Shown piece after piece: positions 29,243-41,006 of a stretch of 64,000 nucleotides of DNA. The stretch is taken from positions 660 through 64,659 of the forward strand of contig JAYEID010000010.1 of NCBI GenBank assembly GCA_034659915.1, given 5' to 3'. Every line of letters begins with the position of its first letter. Position 1 is the stretch's first letter. Below the pieces are notes generated by a model. That model was not told where the DNA came from. It did not search any database and saw nothing but the letters and a program-made list of their open reading frames with translations. Source of the DNA: Patescibacteria group bacterium. GTDB taxonomy: Bacteria > Patescibacteriota > WWE3 > JAUXAW01 > JAYEID01. The translations under genes were made by a program, and so were the position numbers.

Positions 29243-30859
29243 ATGAAAATAAAGAAATTTGTTAAAACTACCGTTGCTTTTGCAGTTCTTTTTGGTTTTG
29301 GTTTGTTTGTTGCCCGTGAGGTCGCTACTTTGGGGGTGGAGGCTGATGCTTCAGGAGGTGTGATTGAGGACAGTTCCAATGTTTTTCGTGCTGCAAATAT
29401 TACCCAAGGCGAGACTGAATATAGTAGCGAGATTAATGCTAAGCCGGGCGAAGCAATTCAGTTTATGGCAATGGTGCACCTTGGTGCTGAGAATACCAGC
29501 GCAGAGGATGTGCGCGTTCGTGTTGATCTAGATGATTCCAAGATTGTTGCTAACGGTAAGTATGAGTTGGTTGCCAAGACTTACATTAATTCTTCAGAAA
29601 ATGATGTTCGGGATAGTGCAAAAGTGGTAGTTCCTTCTAATCAGGATTTAGTGTTTATTCCTGAGCACGGTGTAATTGTTACTTCTAACGGTAATTTGCC
29701 CTCCAATGTTTCCAAAACTCCTTATGAGTGGTCCAATCCGGATGAGCTTTTTAAAGATGGGGTGGACCTAGGCTCTGTAGAAAGTATTTCCACAGTTTAT
29801 ATAAGTTTTAAGGCATATGTTTCAAATAAAACTGCGGATATGACTATTAGTAAAGAGGTTGCGAATGTTACGCAAGCGGATGGCAAATGGCACAAATCTG
29901 TGTGGGCAGATGCTGGAGACCGTGTCAGGTTCCAAATTGTAGTGAAGAATACGGGAGGCAGTGAACTTAATGATGTTTTGATTACAGATAGCCTCCCCGC
30001 AGGTCTGACTTATATTAAGGGGAGTTCGGAATACTCCACTCCTTACAGCAATGGGTTTAAGAAGCTTGCGGATAGTTGGATTACGGGGGAGGGGGGGGTT
30101 TCTCAGGCTAATCTTGGGAAACTTTCTTCAGGGGAGGGTTACAACGCAATTATTGTATTTGATACGCGTATCGATGAAAAAGAGTTGGAGGACTGTGTAA
30201 CATATACAAATGTTGCCCAGGCTAAGGCTAATGAGTACCCAAATTGGATTTATGGTGAAGCAGCAGTTGATGTTTGTTTTGAAAAAGAAGAAAAAGTAAC
30301 AGATCTTGAAATTGAAAAATTTGTAAAATGGGAGGATACAGATGATTGGTACGAAAGTATTGATAAAGATACGCATCTTTTTGATCCCGAAGAGTTAGTA
30401 GAGTACAAGATTGTTGTTAGGAATAAGGGTAATGCCGACGCACACAATGTAACAGTTAAGGATGAAGCACCAACATATATTTCTTGGGAAAAGGGAGATG
30501 GGGATTGGGATTCTGATAATCGTAAAATAAAATTCGACCTTGGGACTGTAAAAGCAGGGGAAGAGATCAGCTTGGATTATATTTCAAAAGTTTTTGACGA
30601 GGAAGACCTTCCCTTTACTGATAGGATGCAGAAGAATGTTGCTACTTTGTACGAGGATAGTGATCGTATAGATGATGATCACACCCAAGTTTGGATAAAC
30701 GGACCAGAGATCAAAGCTGCGAAGGTGGAAAGGGAGGTAAAAGAACTTCCCGAGGCGGGTGCCGACAGTTTAGGTTTATTGCTAATTGCTGTGGGAATGG
30801 TTATTACTGGTTGGGGGCTTCGAAAGTGCTCCTGGGCGTGGAGTAGAAAAATTAGGTAG
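29243..30859 (+). CDS. DUF11-repeat cell-surface protein with LPEAG sorting signal
   Basis: N-terminal signal/TM, DUF11-like repeats (TITDSLPAGLTYIKGS, VTVKDEAPTYISWEKG). C-terminus is LPEAG, then a hydrophobic helix, then an RK-rich tail, as in sortase substrates. Confidence 0.55.
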   Translation: MKIKKFVKTTVAFAVLFGFGLFVAREVATLGVEADASGGVIEDSSNVFRAANITQGETEYSSEINAKPGEAIQFMAMVHLGAENTSAEDVRVRVDLDDSKIVANGKYELVAKTYINSSENDVRDSAKVVVPSNQDLVFIPEHGVIVTSNGNLPSNVSKTPYEWSNPDELFKDGVDLGSVESISTVYISFKAYVSNKTADMTISKEVANVTQADGKWHKSVWADAGDRVRFQIVVKNTGGSELNDVLITDSLPAGLTYIKGSSEYSTPYSNGFKKLADSWITGEGGVSQANLGKLSSGEGYNAIIVFDTRIDEKELEDCVTYTNVAQAKANEYPNWIYGEAAVDVCFEKEEKVTDLEIEKFVKWEDTDDWYESIDKDTHLFDPEELVEYKIVVRNKGNADAHNVTVKDEAPTYISWEKGDGDWDSDNRKIKFDLGTVKAGEEISLDYISKVFDEEDLPFTDRMQKNVATLYEDSDRIDDDHTQVWINGPEIKAAKVEREVKELPEAGADSLGLLLIAVGMVITGWGLRKCSWAWSRKIR

Positions 30860-30913
30860 CTTGAGGTATAATTAATAACAGGCAGCAGTAATTATCTTCT
30901 TTTGCAGGACGGA

Positions 30914-30966
30914 TTCGGAATGGGGAGGGTAGGTATTGGGCAGGGCCTATCCTCTCCCTTCCGGAA
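30914..30966 (+). other. long (~17-bp stem) hairpin downstream of the surface-protein gene, in the rho leader region
   Basis: ttcggaatggggagggtagg ... cctatcctctcccttccggaa pairs 16/17 with G-U wobbles. Confidence 0.35.
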
Positions 30967-31273
30967 TCGTGCTTGGTTAGAGAAACTTGCGCCTGGAAAA
31001 GGGAGGGCAAGTTAGTTACTGCTATTTTGCTAACTTTTCAAGGTAAGTGGGGGCAGTGCTTATCTTGTTAAAGTTGGCTTATTTTTTGCAGGTAACCTTG
31101 CCTTCCCCTTTTTGGGTTTGACAGGTATCAGGGCGTGTGCTAGTTTAGGTGTAGATCATAACCTCTTGATTGATCGTTCTTCCCTTTCTTAATACGTTTT
31201 AGCGTATTTTGATTATTAGTGGTGGAATATTTTGGTTTTTATCTTATGGATTGTTGTTTCCTACTACTTACCA

Positions 31274-32455
31274 TTTATGGCTAAGAATTCTAACAATAAT
31301 AACAACAGAAATAATTATCGGGATTTTGGCGGGGAAAACACCTTCCCAGTTAAAGGTGTTCTGGAAATTCGCGGGGATTTTGGTGTTTTGCACCAGACAA
31401 AACCGCCCGAGGATAAAGATTTGCCTCGAGATGTTTATGTTTCTGATTCGCAAATAAGGCGGTTTGGGTTAAGGACTGGGGACGAAGTTGCGGGCGTAGG
31501 GAGACCTCCAAAAGAAGGGGAACGGTATTTATCTCTCTTGCGGGTGGATAAGGTTGAGTCGGAAGATCCAGAGAAAGCTTCGGAACGACCAAAATTTGAA
31601 GATCTAACCCCAGTTTTTCCCGATGAGTGGCTTAAGTTAGAGACAGATCCTGATATTTTAACTACTCGTATTGTGGATTTGTTTTCTCCGGTGGGACGTG
31701 GGCAGCGTGGTTTAATTGTTTCCCCGCCTTATGCAGGGAAGACTTGGCTTTTGAAAGACATTGCAAATGGAATAGAAGAGAATTATGCGGATGATGTAGG
31801 TTTGATGGTGGTATTAATTGGAGAACGTCCGGAGGAGGTAACTGATATGAGAAGGAGTGTTGATGGGGAAGTGCACGCATCCAATTTTGATGAACACCCG
31901 AAGGATCATACTAAGACTGCAGAATTTGCCTTAGAAATAGCGAAAAGGCGAGCTGAGGCAGGCGAAGATGTAATTATTTTACTTGATAGTATAACCAGGT
32001 TAGCCCGTGCTTATAATCTTGTTTTACCCCCCTCAGGTAGAACCCTTTCTGGCGGTTTTGATCCGCAAGCTTTGTACCCACCTAAGCATTTTTTTGGGGC
32101 AGCAAGAAATTTTGAGGATGCTGGTTCTTTAACTATCTTGGCTACAGCTCTAGTTCAAACTGGTTCTAGAATGGATGAACTGATTTACGAGGAATTTAAG
32201 GGTACGGGAAACATGGAGCTTCACTTAGACCGCGAGCTAGCTGAGCGAAGAATATTTCCTGCTATTGATATAAAGAAGTCTCAGACGCGGCACGAGGAGC
32301 TTTTATTGCCTGAGGATGCGTTGGAAAACGTGTATAGGCTGCGACGGATGGTGGATACTCTTTCTGAAGGTGAGGCTACCCAAATTGTTCTAAATCGCCT
32401 TAAGAAAACTGAGAACAATGAAGAGTTTTTGGAGACTCTCCACGAGAGAATGTAA
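31274..32455 (+). CDS. rho: transcription termination factor Rho
   Basis: Asn-rich N-terminal insert, RNA-binding domain, Walker A GQRGLIVSPPYAGKT, Q/R loops. Start taken as the Met at 31274; the ORF track starts at 31232. Confidence 0.85.
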   Translation, partial: FMAKNSNNNNNRNNYRDFGGENTFPVKGVLEIRGDFGVLHQTKPPEDKDLPRDVYVSDSQIRRFGLRTGDEVAGVGRPPKEGERYLSLLRVDKVESEDPEKASERPKFEDLTPVFPDEWLKLETDPDILTTRIVDLFSPVGRGQRGLIVSPPYAGKTWLLKDIANGIEENYADDVGLMVVLIGERPEEVTDMRRSVDGEVHASNFDEHPKDHTKTAEFALEIAKRRAEAGEDVIILLDSITRLARAYNLVLPPSGRTLSGGFDPQALYPPKHFFGAARNFEDAGSLTILATALVQTGSRMDELIYEEFKGTGNMELHLDRELAERRIFPAIDIKKSQTRHEELLLPEDALENVYRLRRMVDTLSEGEATQIVLNRLKKTENNEEFLETLHERM

Positions 32456-32548
32456 TTTTTCCCCTTTACCTCGTTTCTTTTTTTTTGAAAAATAACTGGT
32501 TTTATGGTATAAAATACGCGCCTCTGTTTATTGTTTTGAAGCTTTTAT

Positions 32549-33805
32549 ATGAGTACCAACAAGTCCTTTTTTAGGAAGAAGAAAGGTACTTTTCTACAAC
32601 TTGAGAAATTGCTGTCAAAGCTCCCTCAGATATTGTTAATTGGAGAACGAGAGGTAGAGGAACTAGGGCGGCAGCAGTTGATTCTTTTTGGTCTTGAAAA
32701 TTCCAGATCCTCTTCCTTTTCTTCTGACTTCTTTGTTTTTTGTTATTTTTTAGTCCAGTTTTTGGGAAGGAAACTGCGGATACTAGCTTTAGCACCTTTT
32801 TCTGGGGTTAAATTTTTGTATTGTTTTGGTAAAGATTGCAAGCAATATTTGGTGCAGAATCTAGTGTGGGGTGGTGGTCGTTTGTTTGCACCTGTAACCA
32901 GGTTTGGAATTCTTGTTTTTGCTCTGGGAGTTTTTGTGCTTGGTGGAACAGGTTTAGTTCGAAGTAAGAGTATTTACACAGCTTTTGACAAAGATGGTGA
33001 TATACTTGCTCATTCGGTAAGTTCTTCTCCCGTATCTTTTACAAATACTCCTTCAGGTGACCCGATTGAATATGTTGTCAAGGAGGGAGATACCCTATCT
33101 TCTATTGGTGATCAGTTTAAGGTTAGCATTGCTAGTATTCGATATGTAAATGACTTGGGAAATGTTAATTATATTAAGCCGGGTCAGAAATTAACTATTC
33201 CTCCTGTAAGTGGGATTCTTCATACTGTTGAGAAGGGAGATACAGTTCGGAGTCTAGCAAATAAGTATGATGTTGCTCCTCAGAGTATTGTTGACTTTAA
33301 TTATCTTTTTCATCCCTTTAATTTAGAGGTTGGGCAAGTAATTGTAGTACCTGGCGGAAGTGTGCCTGAACAGGAGCCTGCTACCTCCCACCTTGCATCT
33401 GGTCGGACATCTACACGGCAGCAGGAAGTAACACCTTCTGTAGGTACAGGTCAATTTTCCTGGCCCACTAATAGTAGAGGTATTAGCCAATACTTTCACC
33501 GATGGCATCCTGCTATTGATATTTCGAGATTTAGTCCTATTTATGCAATTGACAGTGGTACAGTGGTTGAAGCTCGGTATAGTGGTTGGAATTATGGCTA
33601 TGGTAAGTTGGTACGGATAGATCACGGCAATGGTTATACGTCTTTGTATGCTCATCTTTCTTCAGTTAAAGTACAACCGGGACAAAATGTAAGCCGCGGG
33701 CAAATTATTGGAAATATGGGTAATACTGGTCGATCTTTTGGAACACACCTTCACTTAGAGATAACTTATCAAGGACGGCATATTAATCCTCTCTCTGTAC
33801 TTTAG
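32549..33805 (+). CDS. LysM-domain peptidase M23 (peptidoglycan endopeptidase)
   Basis: Two LysM repeats (VKEGDTLSSIGDQFKVS, HTVEKGDTVRSLANKYDV) and M23 HxH motif GNTGRSFGTHLHLEI. A TTGAAA-17-TATAAA promoter-like sequence lies at 32490-32524. N-terminal 120 aa are low-complexity and the start is uncertain. Confidence 0.7.
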   Translation: MSTNKSFFRKKKGTFLQLEKLLSKLPQILLIGEREVEELGRQQLILFGLENSRSSSFSSDFFVFCYFLVQFLGRKLRILALAPFSGVKFLYCFGKDCKQYLVQNLVWGGGRLFAPVTRFGILVFALGVFVLGGTGLVRSKSIYTAFDKDGDILAHSVSSSPVSFTNTPSGDPIEYVVKEGDTLSSIGDQFKVSIASIRYVNDLGNVNYIKPGQKLTIPPVSGILHTVEKGDTVRSLANKYDVAPQSIVDFNYLFHPFNLEVGQVIVVPGGSVPEQEPATSHLASGRTSTRQQEVTPSVGTGQFSWPTNSRGISQYFHRWHPAIDISRFSPIYAIDSGTVVEARYSGWNYGYGKLVRIDHGNGYTSLYAHLSSVKVQPGQNVSRGQIIGNMGNTGRSFGTHLHLEITYQGRHINPLSVL

Positions 33806-35206
<1,401 letters not shown>

Positions 35207-35209
35207 CGC

Positions 35210-35284
35210 GGGGTCGTAGCTCAATGGGAGAGCACCTCATTCGCATTGAGGAGGTTAGGGGTTCGAATCCCCTCGACTCCACCA
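35210..35284 (+). tRNA. tRNA-Ala (CGC)
   Basis: Acceptor GGGGTCG/CGACTCC with G3:U70, anticodon loop TTCGCAT, T-loop TTCGAAT, CCA encoded; followed by the tRNA-adjacent cassette at 35285-35408. Confidence 0.85.
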
Positions 35285-35408
35285 CCCCGACATATAGAAT
35301 TAGCAGACCGACTCCCGTCGGGGCCTGCCCCGCACAGTTTTACATGTAGGGGGTGCGCTGCAGGAAGCGTTCTTATGCTTTGTATTGCGGTGCAATTTAC
35401 AACAAATT

Positions 35409-37943
35409 ATGGAAAATTACAAACCACACAAAATTGAAGAAAAGTGGCAAGAAAGATGGGAAAAAGACTTATCTTTTCAGGTGGATGAAGATAGGGCTGA
35501 GCAAAAGTTTTACGCATTAGTTGAGTTTCCCTATCCCTCGGGAAAGGGGCTCCACTTGGGGCATGCATTTACTTGTACAATTATGGATGTCTTTGCGCGA
35601 AAAAAGCGTATGGAAGGTTTTAATGTTTTACACCCCATGGGTTGGGACGCTTTTGGATTACCTACTGAGAATTATGCTATCCGGACAGGTATTCACCCAA
35701 GAGTAGCCACGGAACGGAACACAGACCGCTTTCGGGAGCAAATGAAGGCTTTAGCCCTTTCTTATAATTGGGAGCGGGAAATTAATACAACAGACCCTGA
35801 TTATTATAAGTGGACTCAATGGATATTTATCCAGTTTTTTAAGCATGGGTTAGCTTACAAGAGGGAAATGCCTATTAATTGGTGTCCATCTTGCAAGATT
35901 GGTTTGGCGAATGAAGAGGTGGTTAATGGGAAGTGTGAGCGTTGTGGCGAGGATGTGACAAGGAAGAACTTATCCCAATGGCTTTTGCGGATAACTGCTT
36001 ATGCTGATCGTCTTGCTGATGAGTTAGATTTAGTGGATTTTCCAGAATCAATAAAAGCAGCGCAAAGAAATTGGATTGGGAGAACAGAGGGAATAGTAAT
36101 TGATTATCCAGTAGAGGGATCGGAAGAAACAATATCCTGTTACACAACGCGCCCTGATACTAACTTTGGAGCTACCTTTGTTGTTTTGGCTCCCGAGCAC
36201 CCTATGCTAAAAAATCTCAAATCCCAAATACCAAGTTCCAAATGGAAGGAAGTAAAGACGTATGTTGAGCAGGCAAAGAAGAAATTCGAGTTGGAGAGGC
36301 AGGAATTGCAGAAAGAAAAAACGGGGGTCTTTACTGGTTTATATTGTGTGAATAGGCTTACAGACGAAAAAATTCCTATCTGGGTTGCGGACTTTGTCGT
36401 TCCCACTTCTGGTACTGGTGCTGTAGTTGGTGTTCCTGCTCATGATGAACGTGACTATGCGTTTGCGAATAAGTATGACTTGAATATAAAGCCAGTTATA
36501 AAACCGCAAGATAAAGATTGGGATTTTTCGGAAGCTCCGTATGTTGAGGAGGAAAAGAGCGTAGTTATAAATTCCGATTTCTTAAATGGGATGTGCGTTC
36601 CCGAAGCTATAGAGAAGGTTACTGATTACATAATAAAGAATGGCTGGGGAGAGCGATCTAAAAATTATCACCTCCGGGATTGGATTTTTTCCCGCCAGCA
36701 TTATTGGGGGGAGCCCATTCCCATGGTTTATTGTAAAAAATGTGCCCAGAAAGGGGTCACTTGGTGGGACACAGAGGATGGGCAAGAGTTCCAAAGTGAC
36801 TTATTGGACGGTGACCAAGGTGTGGTGAAGAGTGGTCTGGAAGGATGGTTTCCGGTAAAGGATGAGGAACTTCCGATTGAACTTCCTGCTGTAGAGAACT
36901 ACGAACCGACCAAGACTGGTCACTCTCCGTTAGCGGGTGTCGAGCCTTGGGTTGAAACCAAGTGTCCTGTATGTGGTGCCAAGGCGCAGAGGGAAACCGA
37001 TACTATGCCAAATTGGGCAGGCTCTTCTTGGTATTACTTGCGTTATTGCGACCCAAGTAATAGTTCCAAATTAGCCAGCTACCACAGCCTAAAATACTGG
37101 CTGCCTGTAGATATTTATCTTGGCGGTGCCGAGCATACAACACTCCACTTGCTTTATTCCCGGTTTTGGCACAAGTTTCTTAATGATATTGGAGTGGTAC
37201 CGTATAAGGAACCTTACCAAAAGAGGCGTAATCATGGAGTTATCTTAGGTGAAGATGGTTCTCGAATGAGTAAATCACGGGAAAATGTTGTTAATCCAGA
37301 AGATGTTATTGATAAGTTAGGTGTAGATACTCTTCGACTCTATCTTATGTTTATGGGACCGTACGATGAAACTATGCCTTGGAGCACTTCCGGAGTTCGG
37401 GGTTGTTACCGGTTTTTGGATCGAGTATGGCGTTACATTGCAGGGGAAGATTATTTGGTCAATGAAGAAACTAGGTTGGAGTTAAAAAAGAGGCTTCACC
37501 GAGTTATAAAAAAGGTAGGCGATGATATTAACGCTATGAAGTATAACACAGCTATAGCAGCTCTAATGGGTTTTCTTAACCATGTAGAGGATTTAGGTGG
37601 ATTGTCTTCAGCAGATTGGGGAGTGTTTTTAAGGTTGCTTGCTCCTTTTGCTCCACATGTAGTGGAAGAACTTTGGTGCGAGTCGTTGGGTAATGAGTTT
37701 TCAATTCATGCGCAGCCTTGGCCCAAATATGACCAAGACTTGGCAAAAAAAGAAGAAGTGACTATTGCAGTACAAATTGATGGCAAATTGCGCGACACTT
37801 TTAGAGCACCCCCAGGGATTGAAAAGGAAAATGCTGTTAATTGTGCTAAGGGCTCTGAGAAAGTTAAAAAATACCTACTTGGCAAAGATGTTGAGAGAGT
37901 GGTATGGGTTCAAGACCGACTGCTAAATTTTGTTATTAAGTAG
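35409..37943 (+). CDS. leuS: leucyl-tRNA synthetase
   Basis: HIGH-type PYPSGKGLHLGHAF, KMSKS motif SRMSKS, editing domain; start taken as MENYKPHK. Confidence 0.9.
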   Translation: MENYKPHKIEEKWQERWEKDLSFQVDEDRAEQKFYALVEFPYPSGKGLHLGHAFTCTIMDVFARKKRMEGFNVLHPMGWDAFGLPTENYAIRTGIHPRVATERNTDRFREQMKALALSYNWEREINTTDPDYYKWTQWIFIQFFKHGLAYKREMPINWCPSCKIGLANEEVVNGKCERCGEDVTRKNLSQWLLRITAYADRLADELDLVDFPESIKAAQRNWIGRTEGIVIDYPVEGSEETISCYTTRPDTNFGATFVVLAPEHPMLKNLKSQIPSSKWKEVKTYVEQAKKKFELERQELQKEKTGVFTGLYCVNRLTDEKIPIWVADFVVPTSGTGAVVGVPAHDERDYAFANKYDLNIKPVIKPQDKDWDFSEAPYVEEEKSVVINSDFLNGMCVPEAIEKVTDYIIKNGWGERSKNYHLRDWIFSRQHYWGEPIPMVYCKKCAQKGVTWWDTEDGQEFQSDLLDGDQGVVKSGLEGWFPVKDEELPIELPAVENYEPTKTGHSPLAGVEPWVETKCPVCGAKAQRETDTMPNWAGSSWYYLRYCDPSNSSKLASYHSLKYWLPVDIYLGGAEHTTLHLLYSRFWHKFLNDIGVVPYKEPYQKRRNHGVILGEDGSRMSKSRENVVNPEDVIDKLGVDTLRLYLMFMGPYDETMPWSTSGVRGCYRFLDRVWRYIAGEDYLVNEETRLELKKRLHRVIKKVGDDINAMKYNTAIAALMGFLNHVEDLGGLSSADWGVFLRLLAPFAPHVVEELWCESLGNEFSIHAQPWPKYDQDLAKKEEVTIAVQIDGKLRDTFRAPPGIEKENAVNCAKGSEKVKKYLLGKDVERVVWVQDRLLNFVIK

Positions 37944-37970
37944 TAACTATTTGTTGATTAGCCTGTTCAT

Positions 37971-38648
37971 ATGGGTAAGAAAGAGTCTTTTGAAACTATT
38001 TGGGACTTTTTAGAAAGTCACTTCAGGTTTTGCCTCCTTTTCCTTTCTGTTTTGTTACTTTTTGTTAGCGGTATGCTTTTGGCAAGGATTTGGCAATTTA
38101 AAAACAAACCTCGGCTGGAGTACAGTGTGCAGGAAGAGGAAACATCCAATAATGGCTCAGATAATAAGAACAATGTTGGTTATTGTTTTGTTGATGTTTC
38201 CGGCGCTGTGGTTAATCCCGGTGTTTATGAGCTAGAGAAGGGCTCACGCGTTAAGGATGCCATTGCTTCTGCTGGGGGGTTTTCTTCTCATGTTGATGAA
38301 GATTGGGTTGCAAAGAATTTGAACTTAGCTGCTGCAGTTACTGATGGTCAAAAAATCTATATTCTAGAGGAAGGTGAAGTTACAAAAATTGCTGGTACTA
38401 GTGCAGATAATTTGCCAGATAACTATGGAGGGGGTGGGGGGGCGGGTGTCTCCGAGAACAAAATAAATTTAAACCAAGCTTCAAAAGATGTTTTGGAAAC
38501 ATTGCCGGGAATAGGTCCTGCATTGGCAGAAAGAATTATTGAATATCGCAACCAGACTCCGTTTGAAACTGTAGAGGAGATTACAGCAGTAAAAGGTATA
38601 GGTGAAAAGACTTTACAAGATCTAAGGGATAGGGTTTTTGTTCCCTAA
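37971..38648 (+). CDS. comEA: competence protein ComEA (SLBB plus tandem helix-hairpin-helix)
   Basis: N-terminal TM, then C-terminal LPGIGPALAERIIEYR and VKGIGEKTLQDL HhH motifs. Confidence 0.75.
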   Translation: MGKKESFETIWDFLESHFRFCLLFLSVLLLFVSGMLLARIWQFKNKPRLEYSVQEEETSNNGSDNKNNVGYCFVDVSGAVVNPGVYELEKGSRVKDAIASAGGFSSHVDEDWVAKNLNLAAAVTDGQKIYILEEGEVTKIAGTSADNLPDNYGGGGGAGVSENKINLNQASKDVLETLPGIGPALAERIIEYRNQTPFETVEEITAVKGIGEKTLQDLRDRVFVP

Positions 38649-39921
38649 TGCAATGCTTAACGCTAGAAAAATATTCTTTTTAAGCATAGTTATTTTTCTC
38701 TTCACTCATTGGTTTTATCGATATTGCAAAACTATAGACAACCTCCCAAAGGAGCGCACGAGAGTTCAGCTAAGAGGTATGGTAGCAACCGTTCCTAAGC
38801 GTTTGGGCACTAGATATGTTTTTGACCTACAACCTGTTAGGTTCGCTCCTGAGTCACCTTTCAAAGTCAAGAAGATTACTGTATATGCGTCATTGGAGTC
38901 AAAACCAACTTTTGGTGAGTGGTTGTTAGTTGAGGGGCTACTTAATCCAAAAGGTTACATAAGTTTTCCCAGAATAGAAAATCTGAAAAAGTCCAGATCC
39001 CCCTTTGTCATTTTGCGGGGGAATCTTTTTAAACTTCGTAGAAGTGTTGGAGATTTAATTGCAGCTGCTGTACCTGAACCAGAAGCAGGACTTCTTAAGG
39101 GGATTTTATTGGGTATAAAAGATGAAATTTCAGCTGATTGGGAAGATATTTATAGAAAAGTTGGTGTTACCCATGTAGTTGTTGCTTCTGGCTATAATGT
39201 GACTGTTTTGATAGGTGTTGTTTCTGCTGTAATTAGGCCCTTGGGAACAGGCTTTACTTTTATATTTTCTACATTGGCTATTGCTCTCTTTACACTAATG
39301 CTTGGTGCTGAGCCCCCGATCCTCAGAGCAGCTTTAATGGGTTTTGTTGCAAGTATGGGTAATCTCATTGGTAGGCGGAGGGATGTCTTGCGAACATTAT
39401 TTTTTACTGGTTTTTTGTTGCTTTTTATAAACCCGCGATTTATTAATTCCATAAGTTTTCAATTAAGTTTTGCATCTTCATTGGGTCTTGTTGTTTTAGT
39501 TCCATGGTTAGAAAAAATTTTTGATAATGCGGTTCTTTCATTTTTAATGTTGAAAGAGGATTTGGTAACCACCATAGCTGCATTTTTGTTTGTTTTTCCT
39601 GTTGTTTCTTTTCACTTTGGTAAAATTTCCCCAGCATCATTCTTAGTTAATACAATAACTTTGTGGACCATTCCGCCTGCCATGCTATTTGGCTTTATTA
39701 CAGTATTAACAGCTATGGTTAGCAGGCAGTTGGGGAGAATGTTAGGTGCTTTTTCTTGGATTTTTCTGAAATTTTTTAATTGTGTAGCGTTTCGTGCTTC
39801 CCAAATTTTCGAGTTTTGGCAAATACGGATGTCACTCTGGGCTGTTGCTTTGTATTATATTTTATTATTTGTTCTATGGTTTCTATTCCAGAACCTTGGC
39901 AGGGTAAAGCAAAAAGATTAA
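38638..39921 (+). CDS. comEC: ComEC/Rec2 N-terminal part (DUF4131 plus competence domain); frame breaks before the MBL domain
   Basis: Polytopic membrane competence domain. Ends at 39921 while the MBL-domain ORF starts in another frame at 39780. Confidence 0.65.
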   Translation: MFPNAMLNARKIFFLSIVIFLFTHWFYRYCKTIDNLPKERTRVQLRGMVATVPKRLGTRYVFDLQPVRFAPESPFKVKKITVYASLESKPTFGEWLLVEGLLNPKGYISFPRIENLKKSRSPFVILRGNLFKLRRSVGDLIAAAVPEPEAGLLKGILLGIKDEISADWEDIYRKVGVTHVVVASGYNVTVLIGVVSAVIRPLGTGFTFIFSTLAIALFTLMLGAEPPILRAALMGFVASMGNLIGRRRDVLRTLFFTGFLLLFINPRFINSISFQLSFASSLGLVVLVPWLEKIFDNAVLSFLMLKEDLVTTIAAFLFVFPVVSFHFGKISPASFLVNTITLWTIPPAMLFGFITVLTAMVSRQLGRMLGAFSWIFLKFFNCVAFRASQIFEFWQIRMSLWAVALYYILLFVLWFLFQNLGRVKQKD

Positions 39922-40724
39922 TCTTGTTTTTTCTAATAGCTTTTGTAGCTATTGAGACAGTTGTTTTAGTAACCTTTCCTACCAGAAACCTGATGATAGC
40001 AGTGCTTGATGTGGGTCAGGGGGATGCGATTGCACTGCAAACTGCGGAAGGTCATAGAATATTGATAGATGGTGGTCCGGATGATTCAGTGTTACCCGAG
40101 CTGGGGCAGCTTTTTCCTTTTTGGGTGCAGGAGTTAGATCTTTTAGTTATTACGCATTGGGACTCTGACCACATAACTGGATTACTAGATATTTTGGAAA
40201 GGTATAGGGTAAGACACGTTCTGGTAGGGACTTTAGAATGCGAGACAGCAGTTTGTGAGGCTGTACTTTCAGCTATAGAAGAAGAAGATGCTGAGATTTT
40301 GCTTGCGAGGCAGGAGGCTTCTATTAATCTAGGGAAAACAAGCTTCAGTGTCTTGTGGCCGCCGCATAATTGTTCTTTGGGTCGCAATGATTGTTCTGTG
40401 GTGTTATTGCTAAATTATGGTGATTTTGAAGCTGTATTTACGGGAGATATTGAAGAAGCTGGTCAAAAAAATTTCTTAGGGCTTGTTAGGGAGTCAGAAG
40501 TGTTTAAAGTGCCGCATCATGGGGCGGATTGCTTGTGGGAACCGTTCTTGCAGAGAATCAAACCAATGTTGTCAGTTGTATCAGTGGGGGAAAATTCGGT
40601 TGGGCATCCAAAACCGGAAACTTTGAACAAGTTACACAGTGTGGGAACAAAAATATTGAGGACAGACCAAGTGGGAACTGTGAAAGTAATTTCGGATGGA
40701 GGGCGTTGGGGGATAAGGAATTGA
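39780..40724 (+). CDS. comEC: ComEC metallo-beta-lactamase domain part
   Basis: TM helix, then LDVGQGDAIAL, HWDSDHITG, VPHHG motifs. Overlaps the upstream ComEC ORF by 141 nt in a different frame. Confidence 0.65.
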   Translation: MCSVSCFPNFRVLANTDVTLGCCFVLYFIICSMVSIPEPWQGKAKRLILFFLIAFVAIETVVLVTFPTRNLMIAVLDVGQGDAIALQTAEGHRILIDGGPDDSVLPELGQLFPFWVQELDLLVITHWDSDHITGLLDILERYRVRHVLVGTLECETAVCEAVLSAIEEEDAEILLARQEASINLGKTSFSVLWPPHNCSLGRNDCSVVLLLNYGDFEAVFTGDIEEAGQKNFLGLVRESEVFKVPHHGADCLWEPFLQRIKPMLSVVSVGENSVGHPKPETLNKLHSVGTKILRTDQVGTVKVISDGGRWGIRN

Positions 40725-41006
40725 GATAGCGAATCTATGCGAATGGGAAAAGAAGAGACTGGGAACTCGTGGCTCGTAACAGGGTAACAATCCGTAGCCT
40801 TGGCGAAGGGTTGTAAAGCTTTGGAGGGTTCCGCCCTACGAAGCGTAGTGGTGCCACGAGCTTGCTCGTGGGGTTCCACTAGGCCTTCCATCTCTGAGCG
40901 AGTGACAAAGCCTAACCTATACATTCTTAGCTAAGAAGGTAGATAAAGTCCTTATATTTAGCTAGAATATACACAACTTAGTACTCCTAGCAATTAAAAT
41001 CTAGCA

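Noticed and set aside
31232-31273. Upstream start for rho (MVFILWIVVSYYLPF) and ORF 31209-31457
   Set aside because: Hydrophobic, non-conserved N-terminal extension; the Asn-rich Rho N-terminus begins at the Met at 31274.
35285-35408. Possible T-box riboswitch upstream of leuS
   Set aside because: The segment is only ~120 nt and lacks the T-box consensus (AGGGUGGNACCGCG) and specifier-loop architecture. It is a copy of the tRNA-adjacent cassette instead.
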